Part shown: positions 28,115 to 37,845 of the stretch, piece by piece | Numbering within the stretch: the first letter of the stretch is position 1 | How the letters are laid out: every line of letters starts with the position of its first letter | Origin: an uncultured Actinomycetes bacterium | GTDB lineage: Bacteria > Actinomycetota > UBA4738 > HRBIN12 | Direction: 5' to 3' | Length of the DNA: 64,000 nt | Assembly: GCA_963828885.1 (NCBI GenBank) | Contig: CAWHGC010000010.1 | Span: 28,915-92,914 of the forward strand | Position numbers and translations under genes: made by a program | Notes under the pieces: generated by a model | The model's input: only the letters and a program-made list of their open reading frames with translations | Database searches by the model: none | What the model was told of the DNA's origin: nothing

Positions 28115-29412
28115 GCGCCACGCAGATGCTTCGTGAACCGGTGCCCGGCCCGTCGGGCCTGCCCCGGCTGCTCGGGGGACCGATCGTGCACGGCGGATGG
28201 GTGGACCTCGCCGGCCATCGCGCCGCGATGCCCGCCCCGCCGGCGCCGGGCTCCCGTCCCGACGAGCAGCTCATGCTCGAGGTCGAGGCCTCCGGCCTGC
28301 GCGGCCGCGGGGGCGCGGCCTTTCCGACCGCGGTGAAGCTGCGGGCGGTGGCCGCCGGCCGAGGCCGCCCCGTCGTCGTCGTCAACGGCTCCGAGGGCGA
28401 GCCGGCGAGCCGCAAGGACCGGCTGCTGCTGACGACGCGTCCCCACCTGGTGCTGGACGGCGCGCTGGTGGCGGCGGCCGCGGTGGGCGCCGGCCGCATC
28501 GTGATCGGCATCGACGAGGGGGAGGCCGACGCACAGGCGTCCGTGGCCCGAGCGCTCGAGGAGCGCCGCGCCGACCGGCTGCTGGCGGCGGCGACCGTCG
28601 TGCCGATCCCGCACCGATACGTGGCCGGCGAGGAGCGCTCGCTCGTGCGGCTGATCGACGGCGGCCCGGCGATCCCGTGGGCCGCGCCGCCGCGCCCGTT
28701 CGAGCGGGGGGTCGGCGGCCGCCCGACGCTCGTGCAGAACGTGGAGACGCTCGCGCACCTCGCGCAGATCGCGGCGTTCGGGTCCGAATGGTTCCGCGAG
28801 CTGGGCACGACGCACGAACCGGGCAGCCGGCTGGTGACGGTGTCGGGCGCGGTCGCACAGCCGGGCGTGTACGAGATCGCGTCGGGCACGAAGATCTCGA
28901 GCCTGCTCCGAGCGGTCGGCGGTTCGGCCGACGGGTACTCGGCGGTGCTGCTCGGTGGGTACTTCGGCGCGTGGCTGGACGCTTCGCGGGCGGCCGACGC
29001 GCGGCTGAGCGACGACGATCTTCGAACGGTGGGCGCCGGCCTCGGCTCGGGCGTCGTGCACTTCTTCCCGGCCGGCGCGTGCGGGCTGGTCGAGTCGGCG
29101 CGGGTGGCGCGGTGGTTCGCGCGGCAGAGCGCCGACCAGTGCGGCCCGTGTGTCCACGGCCTCGCGGCGATCGGGGGAGGGCTGGCGCAGCTCGCCCGCC
29201 GCGAGGCCGACGCTGCCGTCACCGAACGTCTGCTGCGGTGGGCCGGCGACGTCGAGGGACGCGGCGCCTGCCGGCTGCCCGACGGTGCGGTTCGGTTCGT
29301 GCGCAGCGCGCTGACGGTGTTCGGCGACGAGGTCGCGAACCATCGCGCCGGCGTGTGTTCGGCAACGATGCACGAGCAGGTGCTGCCGCTGGACGCTCGA
29401 GGTTCGCGATGA
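28111..29412 (+). CDS. NuoF-like protein (NADH dehydrogenase 51-kDa subunit family: FMN/NAD(P)H site, SLBB, FeS region)
   Basis: 433 aa inside ORF 26680..29412: ...ASGLRGRGGAAFPTAVKL...VVVNGSEGEPASRKDRLLL...RPTLVQNVETLAHLA...QCGPCVHG...GACRLPDG. Confidence 0.8.
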   Translation: MSATQMLREPVPGPSGLPRLLGGPIVHGGWVDLAGHRAAMPAPPAPGSRPDEQLMLEVEASGLRGRGGAAFPTAVKLRAVAAGRGRPVVVVNGSEGEPASRKDRLLLTTRPHLVLDGALVAAAAVGAGRIVIGIDEGEADAQASVARALEERRADRLLAAATVVPIPHRYVAGEERSLVRLIDGGPAIPWAAPPRPFERGVGGRPTLVQNVETLAHLAQIAAFGSEWFRELGTTHEPGSRLVTVSGAVAQPGVYEIASGTKISSLLRAVGGSADGYSAVLLGGYFGAWLDASRAADARLSDDDLRTVGAGLGSGVVHFFPAGACGLVESARVARWFARQSADQCGPCVHGLAAIGGGLAQLARREADAAVTERLLRWAGDVEGRGACRLPDGAVRFVRSALTVFGDEVANHRAGVCSATMHEQVLPLDARGSR

Positions 29413-29627
29413 CGGCGCCGAGCCGCTTGACCGTGGACCCGATCGCGTGCGACGGCCATGGGCTGTGCGCCGACCTGTTCCCGGAGCGGATCCGCCTGGA
29501 CGACTGGGGCTTCCCCATCATCGAGGGCGGGGAGATCGGCCCCGAGCTCGAGGCCCACGCCCGCCGCGCGGTGTCCGCGTGCCCGGTGCTGGCGTTGCGG
29601 CTCGCGCGCCGCAGCCGGCCGGGCTAG
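29409..29627 (+). CDS. Small ferredoxin (single-cluster actinobacterial type)
   Basis: ATGA overlap: MTAPSRLTVDPIACDGHGLCADLFPERIRLDDWGFPIIEGGEIGPELEAHARRAVSACPVLALRLARR. Confidence 0.75.
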   Translation: MTAPSRLTVDPIACDGHGLCADLFPERIRLDDWGFPIIEGGEIGPELEAHARRAVSACPVLALRLARRSRPG

Positions 29628-30973
29628 TGGTCGCTGCGGCTCGAGAAGTGGAACCGGTCGATCTTCAGCGCCGGCACGCACGACGCGCTGAAGAAGAACT
29701 CGCTCGCGAGCTCTGACTCGCGCCCGATCATCGACACCGCCGACAGCGCCTCCAGGATCGACTGCGTGAACCGGAAGTTCATGACGGGACCGGCGACCTC
29801 GCCGCCGGAGATCAGGAACGTCCCGTCGCGCGTCATGCCCGTGATGCTGGACTCGACCGGGTTCACGACGTTCGAGTAATGGAAGCGAGTCACCAACACC
29901 CCGCGGTCGGTCGACGCGATCATGTCCTCCACCGACGCGTCGCCCGTCGCCATGAACATGTTCAACGGGAACGGTCCGTCGGGGTTCGGCGAGGGCAGCG
30001 CGTGCCCCGTGCTCTTGCGGCCGGTCTGCGCCGCCGTTCGCATGTCGTACACCCCGTCGACGAACACGCCCTCCTTGATGAGATCGACGCGCTGCCGGGG
30101 CACGCCCTCGAAGTCGAACGACAGCCCGAGCGTGCGCTCATCCGTCGCGTCGTCCCAGAGCGACACCGACGGCGCCGCCACCTGCTGCCCCTCGCGACCC
30201 GACAGGCACGAGCGGCCCTCGGCCAGGTACTTCCCACCGAGCCCGATGAACGCGAGGAACCCCACCAGCGTCGAGACCGCCGCCGGCTCCAGGATCACCG
30301 TGAACGTGCCGGGCTCCAGCGGCTGCGGCCGCTGCGACGCCACCGCCTTCTCGGCCGCCCGCCGGCCGATCGCCTCCGGATCCACCGCGGCGACCCCCCC
30401 GGCGAACGTCTCCGCGAACCCGTTGCCGCTCTCGCCGCCGGAGATGACCGTCGTCATCGAGGCCTGCGTCGTCGGCTCCCACACCAGCTGCCCCTCGGTC
30501 GTCGCGACGCCGACCTCGACCGCGGTCGTCTCGTACGCGCCGGCGGCCGTGAAGCCGTCCGGGCACCGCCCGACTAGCTCAGCCACCCCCTCTGCGCGCT
30601 GCTCCGGCGTCGCCGACGCCGTCGCCTCGTCGTAGGCCCGGCGCTCCGCGGGCTGCGCTGGACCGGCGAGGCCGGGGAACTGCGGGTCGGCGCCGACCAC
30701 GCCGACCATCTCCTTCGCGCTCTCGGCCGCCCGGCGCGCGCCCTCGGCGCTGAAGTCGTTCGACGAGGCCACGCCCACCCGGCCCTGCGATACCACGCGC
30801 ACGCTCAGCGCCGTGTCCTCGCGCGACGTGCTCTGGTGGATCTGACTGGACGCGAACCGCGTCAGGCCGCCGAACTCGTGCATGAACAGGACCTCGACGC
30901 CGTCGACGCCGGGCAGCTCCAGTGCCGCCTGCGCCACCCGCTCGAAGCCGTCCCGCCCGATCAGCCCCGGCAT
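29624..30973 (-). CDS. pmbA: TldE/PmbA-family metalloprotease subunit
   Basis: 449 aa from Met251 of ORF 29624..31723: MPGLIGRDGFERVAQAALELPGVDGVEVLF...GMTRDGTFLISGGEVAGPVMNFRF. TGATG overlap with tldD. Confidence 0.85.
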   Translation of the reverse strand: MPGLIGRDGFERVAQAALELPGVDGVEVLFMHEFGGLTRFASSQIHQSTSREDTALSVRVVSQGRVGVASSNDFSAEGARRAAESAKEMVGVVGADPQFPGLAGPAQPAERRAYDEATASATPEQRAEGVAELVGRCPDGFTAAGAYETTAVEVGVATTEGQLVWEPTTQASMTTVISGGESGNGFAETFAGGVAAVDPEAIGRRAAEKAVASQRPQPLEPGTFTVILEPAAVSTLVGFLAFIGLGGKYLAEGRSCLSGREGQQVAAPSVSLWDDATDERTLGLSFDFEGVPRQRVDLIKEGVFVDGVYDMRTAAQTGRKSTGHALPSPNPDGPFPLNMFMATGDASVEDMIASTDRGVLVTRFHYSNVVNPVESSITGMTRDGTFLISGGEVAGPVMNFRFTQSILEALSAVSMIGRESELASEFFFSASCVPALKIDRFHFSSRSDH

Positions 30974-32412
30974 CAGCGCACCCCGACCTGCACGTTGCGG
31001 AACCGCGCCGGCGACGTGCCGTGGCCGACGCGGCCGGTCTGGTTCGGCTGGCCCTTGCCGCAGTTGGGCGTGCCCCAGAGCGTCCAGTCCTCGCGGCCGG
31101 CGACCGCGTCGCACGATCCCCAGAACTCCGTCGTGATGCCGGCGTAGTTGGGGTTGCGGTACATGGTGGTCAGCCGTCCGTTCTCCACGCGCCACGCGAC
31201 CTCGCACCCGAACTGGAAGTTCACGCGCTTGTCGTCGATCGACCACGACTGGTTCGTGCACATGAAGATGCCGTCCTTCGTGTCGCCGATGATGTCGGCG
31301 AGCGAGCCCTCGCGCGGCTCCAGCGAGATGTTCGTCATGCGGATCAGCGGGAAGTGCTGCCAGCCGTCGGCGCGCATCGCGCCCTGTGAGACCTCGCCGA
31401 TCTGCGGCGCCGTCTCGCGGCTCGAGATGAAGTGCTGGAACACCCCGTCGACGATGATCGGCGTCCGCTGCGCCGGCACGCCCTCGTCGTCCCAGCCGAA
31501 CGAGCCCAGGCCGCCGGGCAGCGACGCGTCGGCCGTGATCGACACCAGCGGGCTCGCGTACCGCAGCGTTCCGCGGTCCTCGGGTCGCACGAACGACGAT
31601 CCGGCGTAGGCCTCCTCCATGCCCAGCACGCGGTCGAGCTCGACGGCGTGGCCGATCGACTCGTGCACCTGGAGCTCCATCTGGCCGCTGTCGAGGATCA
31701 GGGTCGTGATCTCGCTCGGGCATTCGGGCGCCGACAGGAGCTCGACGGCCTGCCCGCCGGTGTGCTCGGCCTCCTCGACGAGCCCGAGCGTCCGGATGTG
31801 CTCGTAGCCGCTCGCCTTCACGTGGCCGCGGAACGAGTTCGGGTACGAGCGGCGCTGCATCTCACCGTCGCTGATCGCCGTCGCCTCGATGCCGCCGCCC
31901 GACTGCGTGGTGGACTGCTCGATCGCGGCGCCGTCGCTGGACGCGAACCACGTGCTGCGCCGGAACAGGTCGATGCTCCCCTCCGCGAACGTGACGCCCT
32001 GCACCGACTGCATGCGGCGCGTCGCCTCCATCAGCAGCGCGATCTTCTCCTCCAGCGGCACGGTGAACGGGTCCTCGTTCATGGGGCTCCGCCACGTGCC
32101 GGTGACGGGCTCGACCGGGGACAGCTCGACGGGATCGGCCGGCAGGCGGGCGGCGGCCCTCGCGGTCTGGACGGCGGTGGCGGCCGCGTGGTCGATCTCG
32201 GCCGCGTCCAGCCGCGCCGTGGCGGCGAAGCCCCACCGCCCGTCCACGAGGACCCGGATGCCCAGGCCCGTGGACTCGGCGCGGTCGATCCCCTCCATCT
32301 CCTGATTGCGCACGGTGATGGCCTCGGTGAGATCGGTGCCGACGCGGGCATCCGAATAGTCGGCGCCCGCCTTCACTGCGGCCTCGACCGCCGACCTGGC
32401 GACGTCCAGCAC
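30973..32412 (-). CDS. tldD: TldD-family metalloprotease
   Basis: GTG 32412 after GAGGGGGG: VLDVARSAVEAAVKAGADYSDARV...LQVHESIGHAVELDR (HExxxH)...GKGQPNQTGRVGHGTSPARFRNVQVG. Confidence 0.88.
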   Translation of the reverse strand: MLDVARSAVEAAVKAGADYSDARVGTDLTEAITVRNQEMEGIDRAESTGLGIRVLVDGRWGFAATARLDAAEIDHAAATAVQTARAAARLPADPVELSPVEPVTGTWRSPMNEDPFTVPLEEKIALLMEATRRMQSVQGVTFAEGSIDLFRRSTWFASSDGAAIEQSTTQSGGGIEATAISDGEMQRRSYPNSFRGHVKASGYEHIRTLGLVEEAEHTGGQAVELLSAPECPSEITTLILDSGQMELQVHESIGHAVELDRVLGMEEAYAGSSFVRPEDRGTLRYASPLVSITADASLPGGLGSFGWDDEGVPAQRTPIIVDGVFQHFISSRETAPQIGEVSQGAMRADGWQHFPLIRMTNISLEPREGSLADIIGDTKDGIFMCTNQSWSIDDKRVNFQFGCEVAWRVENGRLTTMYRNPNYAGITTEFWGSCDAVAGREDWTLWGTPNCGKGQPNQTGRVGHGTSPARFRNVQVGVR

Positions 32413-32566
32413 CTGATAACCCCCCTCGTGCGCCCGGCGCGACCGTCCGGGCTGGTGTGCGACGACGCATCCTACTCCAGCGCAGCCCTCCCGCATCGCG
32501 AGGCGACACGGCGCCGCCGGTGGCATGATGCCCGGCACCGTCCGCCGATCGGAACGAGGAGCGCGC

Positions 32567-33758
32567 ATGACCACGTACTTCTCCGACGTCACGCTCTTCG
32601 ACGGGCGCACGGTGAAGACCAAGCAGGGCGTGCTGGTGAGCGACGGCGCCGTCGAGTGGGTCGGCGCGCACGCGCGGGCGCCGCGTGCCGCCCGCGCCGC
32701 CCGCGAGGAGCCCGGCGCCGGCCGGACGCTCACCCCGGGTCTGATCGACGTCCACGTGCACCTCCAGTTCGACGGCGAGGCGGACTTCGCCGCCGAGGGC
32801 CGCGAGCTCACGCCGGGCCTCGCGGCCCTGAAGGCGGCAGCGAACCTGCGCCGTCATCTGGAGCACGGCGTCACGACCGTCCGCGACCTGGGCGGCCTCG
32901 GCTCGGTCAGCTGCGACGTCGGACGCGCCGCCGAGCGCGGCCTGATCCCGGGCCCGCAGGTGTTCGCCGCCGGACGCGCGCTCACGATCACCGGTGGTCA
33001 CGGTCACAACGTCGGGTTCGCGCGCGAGGTCGACGGCGCCGACGAGATCCGCAAGGCCGTGCGCGAGGAGATCAAGGCCGGCGCCACCGCCATCAAGGTG
33101 ATCGCGACCGGCGGCGTGCTCACGCCGGGCATCGGCGCCACGTTCACCGCGTTCACGCCCGCCGAGCTCGAGGCGGCCGTCGACGAGGCGCACACGTGGG
33201 GCCGTCGGGTCGCCGCGCACGCGATCGGCGCCGAGGGGATCCTCGCCTCGGTGCGCGCCGGCGTGGACTCCGTCGAGCACTGCGCCTTCATGACGCCGGA
33301 GATCGCGAAGGAGATGAAGGCGCGCGGCACGTACCGCTCGCCGACGATCTGCGCGCTGCGCGGGATGCTCGACCACGACGACGTGGTGCCGGAGTACGCG
33401 GTCGACGAAGGCGCGCGAGGTCGAGGTCGCCGCGCGCGCCGCGCAGCGCCTGGCCCTGCGCGAGGGCGTGACGCACGTCTGCGGCACCGACGCCGGCACG
33501 CCGTTCAACCCGCACGGCAACGCCCCCCGCGAGCTCACGTACATGGTCGAGTGGGGCATGACGCCGCTGAAGGCGATGCAGGCGGGCACCTCGAACGGCG
33601 CCGCGCTGCTCGGCCTCGAGGGCGTCGGCGTCGTCGAGGCCGGAGCGCGCGCCGACCTCGTGCTCTACGACGGGAACCCGGTCGAGGACATCTCGCACGT
33701 GCTGACACCGCGGCTCGTGCTGCGCGCCGGCGTGGTGGCGGCGGGGGAGCCGTCCTAG
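32567..33758 (+). pseudogene. Metal-dependent amidohydrolase, one frame break near 33407
   Basis: MTTYFSDVTLFDGRT...LTPGLIDVHVHL...IKVIATGGV...RRVAAHA, then ORF 33468..33758: THVCGTDAG...ADLVLYDGNP. Confidence 0.82.
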
Positions 33759-34230
33759 TCGTTCGAGGGAGGTTCGCCCGTGCCGCCCGTCACCCGTTCG
33801 ATCAGCGCCGCGGCCTCGCGCAGGGCGGTGAGCTCCTCCGGTGGCGAGCGCTTCGAGCCGTGCCGCCAGGTCCTCGATCCGCGCGGCGCGCCCGCGCGAG
33901 AGCACGAGCCGGCCGGTCGTCCGTCGCGCGGACGAGGACGGACCGCGCGTCGACGGGGTTCGGCTCGCGCGTGACGAGCCCCTCGCCCTCGAGCCCGTCG
34001 ACCAGGCGCGTCATGGTGGGGGAGCGGACCTGCTCGGCGGCCGCGAGCTCGCCGACGGTGAGCGGACCCGCGAACACGACGACGGAGAGGGCGGAGAGCC
34101 GGGGCCCCGAGAGCCCCAGCTCCACGTCCCGGACGCGCACGCGCCGCAGCAGGTGGATCGCCGCCGAGTGGAGCCGGTCGGCGACCTCCTCTGCCTCCTG
34201 CGCTGGGGAAGTGCCGCTTGACGCGTCCAT
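33755..34230 (-). pseudogene. MarR-family transcriptional regulator, two frame breaks in the 3' third
   Basis: ...LSGPRLSALSVVVFAGPLTVGELAAAEQVRSPTMTRLVDGLEGEGLVTREPNPVDARSVLVRAT, then ...GRAARIEDLAARLEAL and ...PPEELTALREAAALIERV in other frames. Confidence 0.8.
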
Positions 34231-34278
34231 ATGTAGATAGATAGCCTACACATCGAAGTGTGCGTGAGGGAGGGGCCG

Positions 34279-34951
34279 ATGGCAAGCACCGCCGACGAGA
34301 TGTTCGCCGCGATCGAGGCGGGTGACGTGGATCGGATCCGGGCTCTGGTGGCCGCCGACCCGGCGCTCGCCGGCGCCCGGGACGCCGAGGGCGTGTCGGC
34401 GCTGATGCGCGCGCGCTACCGGTCCGACCGCGGCGCCACGCAGGCCCTGCTCGAGGCCGGTCCCGACCTCGACGTCTTCGAGGCCGCCGCGTTCGGCGAT
34501 CTGGACCGGCTGACGGCTCTGCTCGAAGGCGGGGCCGACGTGGACGCGGCCAGCGCCGACGGGTTCGCGCCCCTGCACCTCGCCGCCTTCTTCGGCAAGC
34601 CGGAGGCGGCGACGCTGCTCCTGGCACGGGGCGCCGAGGTCGACGCGCGCGGCCGGGGATGGATGACCGGCACGCCGCTGCACTCGGCGGTGAGCAACCG
34701 GCCACGTCGACGTCGTGGAGATCCTGCTGGCCGCCGGCGCCGATCCGAACGCCCGTCAGTCCGGCGGGTGGACGCCCCTGCACGGGGCAGCGCACAACGG
34801 CGACGTGGCGAGCGTGGCGCTGCTGCTGACCGCCGGTGCGGACCCGGCGGCCGTCAACGACGAGGGCGCGTCGGTCCTCTCATTGGCGGAGGAGCGGGGC
34901 GACGCGGCGACGATCGACGCGGTGCGCCTGGCCCTCGATCAGACGCCGTAG
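34279..34951 (+). pseudogene. Ankyrin-repeat protein, one frame break near 34700
   Basis: MASTADEMFAAIEAGDVDRIRALVAADP...ADGFAPLHLAAFFGKPEAATLLLARGAEVDA...GTPLHSAV, then GHVDVVEILLAAGADPNARQSGGWTPLHGAAHNGDVASVALLL (ORF 34715..34951). Confidence 0.82.
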
Positions 34952-36016
34952 TCGGCGAACGCGTATTCCTGCGCCTGTCGAGTCGCAGGGGTTGCCGCGG
35001 CCGAACGTGATGCGGCCCTCGGTGACGTCGGCCACGCACCAGAAGACGGTCTTCGTGTCCGGCGTGCCGAACTCGGGGTGGCGGCAGAGCGAGTCCGGCT
35101 TCGTCTCGTGGTCGGAGAGCAGCTCGCGCATCCGCGCTCCGGTCATCGAGGCTGCCGGCTCGTTCGCCAGCAGCTCGCGCGCGCGCTCGTACCGGACGTT
35201 CGACCGCTCCGCGTACACGGGGTCGCCCTCGAAGGGCAGCATGCGCTGGCACACGTAGTGGTTCGTGTGCGCGAGATGCCCGTCGTCGTCGAGGCCGGTG
35301 AGCTCGACGTCGGTGGCCGAACCCTCGACGTTGACGGCGCCCCCGTCGGCCGAGGTGAGCACGTTGTTGTAGCTGGACGCCCGGTCGGGACGTACGGCGC
35401 TGGCGACCATGTCGTCGAGGGTCCGCGCCCGCAGCATGTCGAAGACCTGGAGCGAGCGGCTGATGCCGACGCGCTCGTCGTTCGGCGACAGCTCGTTGCC
35501 GGTGAGCGAGAGGCCGGCGCTGTTCCAGCCGACCGACAGCCACGGCGCGCCGCCCAGCTGGAAGGTGACCGGGTCGCCCGGCACCGTGCGCTCGATCGCG
35601 ACGATGTGGTCCTCGGCCGACGGCGACAGGTCGTTGTTGTGCCCGACGATCAGGTGGCCGTCCGCGGTCGCGCGCGGCCCCGCCACGAGGTCGCTGCACC
35701 GGCCCTGCGTGACGCGCTCGCGCGGCAGGTACCAGATCTCCTCGATCGACACGGCGAAGAACGCGAGCGGGTCGACGCCGGCGGCCGCGGCGCACCCGTC
35801 GAGCTCCTCGACGAGCCATGGGAGCTCGCGCTCCGTGACCTCTCGGTACGCGGCCGCAAGCGCGAGTTGCTCCTCGCGCGTGCGCGCCCCCGGTAGCTCG
35901 TCGAAGCCGGTCGCCACCGCCTGGCGGACCTGGTCGCCGAAGGCCTCGCCGATCTGCGCGCCGACCTCGCGGCGGGAGCCGGCGACGCGAAGGACCGGGA
36001 TCTGCGGCGGCGTCAT
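34939..36016 (-). pseudogene. Peptidase C45 / acyl-CoA:6-APA acyltransferase-family protein, frame break near 34975
   Basis: MTPPQIPVLRVAGSRREVGAQIGEAFG...TQGRCSDLVAG...GHLIVGHNNDL...SYNNVL. The natural-looking end ...QEYAFADYGV-stop lies in another frame. Confidence 0.75.
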
Positions 36017-36969
36017 GGCGCGGATGGTACCGCGGGCGGCATGGGCGGAGGCGGTGGCACAGTCAGGGCGCCTGCACCGGCCGCCGGCGTGTCGATCCGG
36101 CCCGCGCGCCGGGCGGCGACGGCGATGGCGCCGAGACCGAACACCGTTGCGAGGAACCACACGAGGCCGCCGAAGCCGGGGATGATCGCGACCACGCGCA
36201 GGATCAACCATCCGGCGAGGAACGCCAGGAGCCGCGAGGTCGGCGGCTTCACCAGCAGCCGTCCGATCGCGATGGCGGCCGCCACGTACCCGATCCAGAA
36301 CAGGAGGCCAAGGGCCAGCAGGAGCCCTGCGCCGAACGGGATGCCGACGAGCGTGATGAGCGCGATCAGGGCCGCGATCGGCAGGCCGAAGAAGACCGCG
36401 AACCCGATGCCGACCGACCGGCCGAACATGCTCGAGGCCGTCGTCGCGACGGCCTCGCCGGCGCGCGGCGCGAAGAGCAGCAGGAGCAGCCCGAGCAGGA
36501 AGCTGGACACGGAGGTGGCGACCCAGACCGCGACGCGGCTGACCGTCACGAACTTGCCGACGTTGAAGTTGGTCGGCAGCCCCGACGAGGAGGTGGTGCC
36601 GACGACCGTCGCCCCCTCGGCGATCGCCGCCGGCTCGCTCGACACGACGTCGCCGCCGACCCGCGCCCCGGACTCGAGGGTGACCTTCCCGTTCAGCGCG
36701 ACGACGCTGCCGAGGACGTCCCCGCTCACCGTCACGTCGCCGTTGAACGCGACAACGTCGTTCAGGACGGTGCCGGCGATCGTGGCGTCGCCGTCGAAGA
36801 TCACGGCGTCCTCGTAGCGCTGACCCTCGGCGATGTCCAGCTGCCCGGTCAGCACGATGAATGACCTGGTGCTGTCGATGGTGGGGGTCTGCGCCGCAAG
36901 GGGCCCGGCGAGCAGGATGACGGCGCCGGCGGACGCAAGGACGACGAGGACGAGCCGGATGAGACGCAT
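36013..36969 (-). CDS. Secreted bactofilin-like (polymer-forming repeat) domain fused to a polytopic membrane domain
   Basis: Intact 318 aa: signal peptide; GDATIAGTVLNDVVAFNGDVTVSGDVLGSVVALNGKVTLESGARVGGDVV; then ~5 TM; Pro-rich tail. Confidence 0.65.
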   Translation of the reverse strand: MRLIRLVLVVLASAGAVILLAGPLAAQTPTIDSTRSFIVLTGQLDIAEGQRYEDAVIFDGDATIAGTVLNDVVAFNGDVTVSGDVLGSVVALNGKVTLESGARVGGDVVSSEPAAIAEGATVVGTTSSSGLPTNFNVGKFVTVSRVAVWVATSVSSFLLGLLLLLFAPRAGEAVATTASSMFGRSVGIGFAVFFGLPIAALIALITLVGIPFGAGLLLALGLLFWIGYVAAAIAIGRLLVKPPTSRLLAFLAGWLILRVVAIIPGFGGLVWFLATVFGLGAIAVAARRAGRIDTPAAGAGALTVPPPPPMPPAVPSAP

Positions 36970-37037
36970 GGGACCTCCATGTGGACGGCGTGCGCGAAGG
37001 CTACCCCGACCGAGGTCCGGCGTGCTGAGGGCGGAGG

Positions 37038-37820
37038 CTAGGCAAGGTCCTCGATCAGATCGGCGACCGACTCCACGATCCGACCGGGCCGGAACGCGTG
37101 CCGCTCGGCCTCGGCGCGCTCGGTCACGCCGGTCAGTACCAGGACGGTGTCGAGTCCGGCCTCGAGTCCGGCCACGATGTCGGTGTCCATGCGGTCGCCG
37201 ATCATCGCCGTGGTCTCCGAGTGAGCGTCGAGGGCGTTCAGCGCGGAGCGGATCATCAGCGGGTTCGGCTTCCCGACGAAGTACGGGTCCACGCCCGTCG
37301 CCCGGCTGATCAGCGCGGCCACCGACCCCGTTGCGGGCACGATGCCGCCGAGGGAGGGTCCGGTCGTGTCGGGATTCGTCGCGATGAACCGTGCGCCCGA
37401 CGCGATCAGCTGGATGGCCTTCGTGATGCGCTCGAAGCTGTACGTCCGCGTCTCACCGAGCACGACGTAGTCCGGCGTTCGGTCCTGGAGCGTGTACCCG
37501 ACCTCGTAGAGGGCAGTGGTGAGGCCGGACTCGCCGATCACGAATGCCGAGCCGCCGGGGCGCTGATCCTCGAGGAAACCGGCGGTCGCGAGCGCGGAGG
37601 TCCAGATCGCCTCCTCGGGGACGGCCAGTCCGTTGGCGGTGAGCCGCGCGGCAAGGTCGCGCCGCGTGTACATCGAGTTGTTGGTCAGGAGCATGAACGG
37701 GATCTCGCGCTCCTGGAGTCGGGCGACGAACTCGACGGCGCCCGGGATCACGTGCTCCTCGCGCACGAGGACGCCGTCCATGTCCATGAGCCACGCGCGG
37801 GTCGTCTCTCGGTGGGTCAC
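37038..37820 (-). CDS. HAD-IIA family hydrolase (NagD-like)
   Basis: Intact 260 aa: [19 protein letters not shown]...MLLTNNS...VGKPNP...[10 protein letters not shown]. Confidence 0.85.
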   Translation of the reverse strand: MTHRETTRAWLMDMDGVLVREEHVIPGAVEFVARLQEREIPFMLLTNNSMYTRRDLAARLTANGLAVPEEAIWTSALATAGFLEDQRPGGSAFVIGESGLTTALYEVGYTLQDRTPDYVVLGETRTYSFERITKAIQLIASGARFIATNPDTTGPSLGGIVPATGSVAALISRATGVDPYFVGKPNPLMIRSALNALDAHSETTAMIGDRMDTDIVAGLEAGLDTVLVLTGVTERAEAERHAFRPGRIVESVADLIEDLA

Positions 37821-37845
37821 GCCCGCAGCCTAGCCGCCGGGCGAG

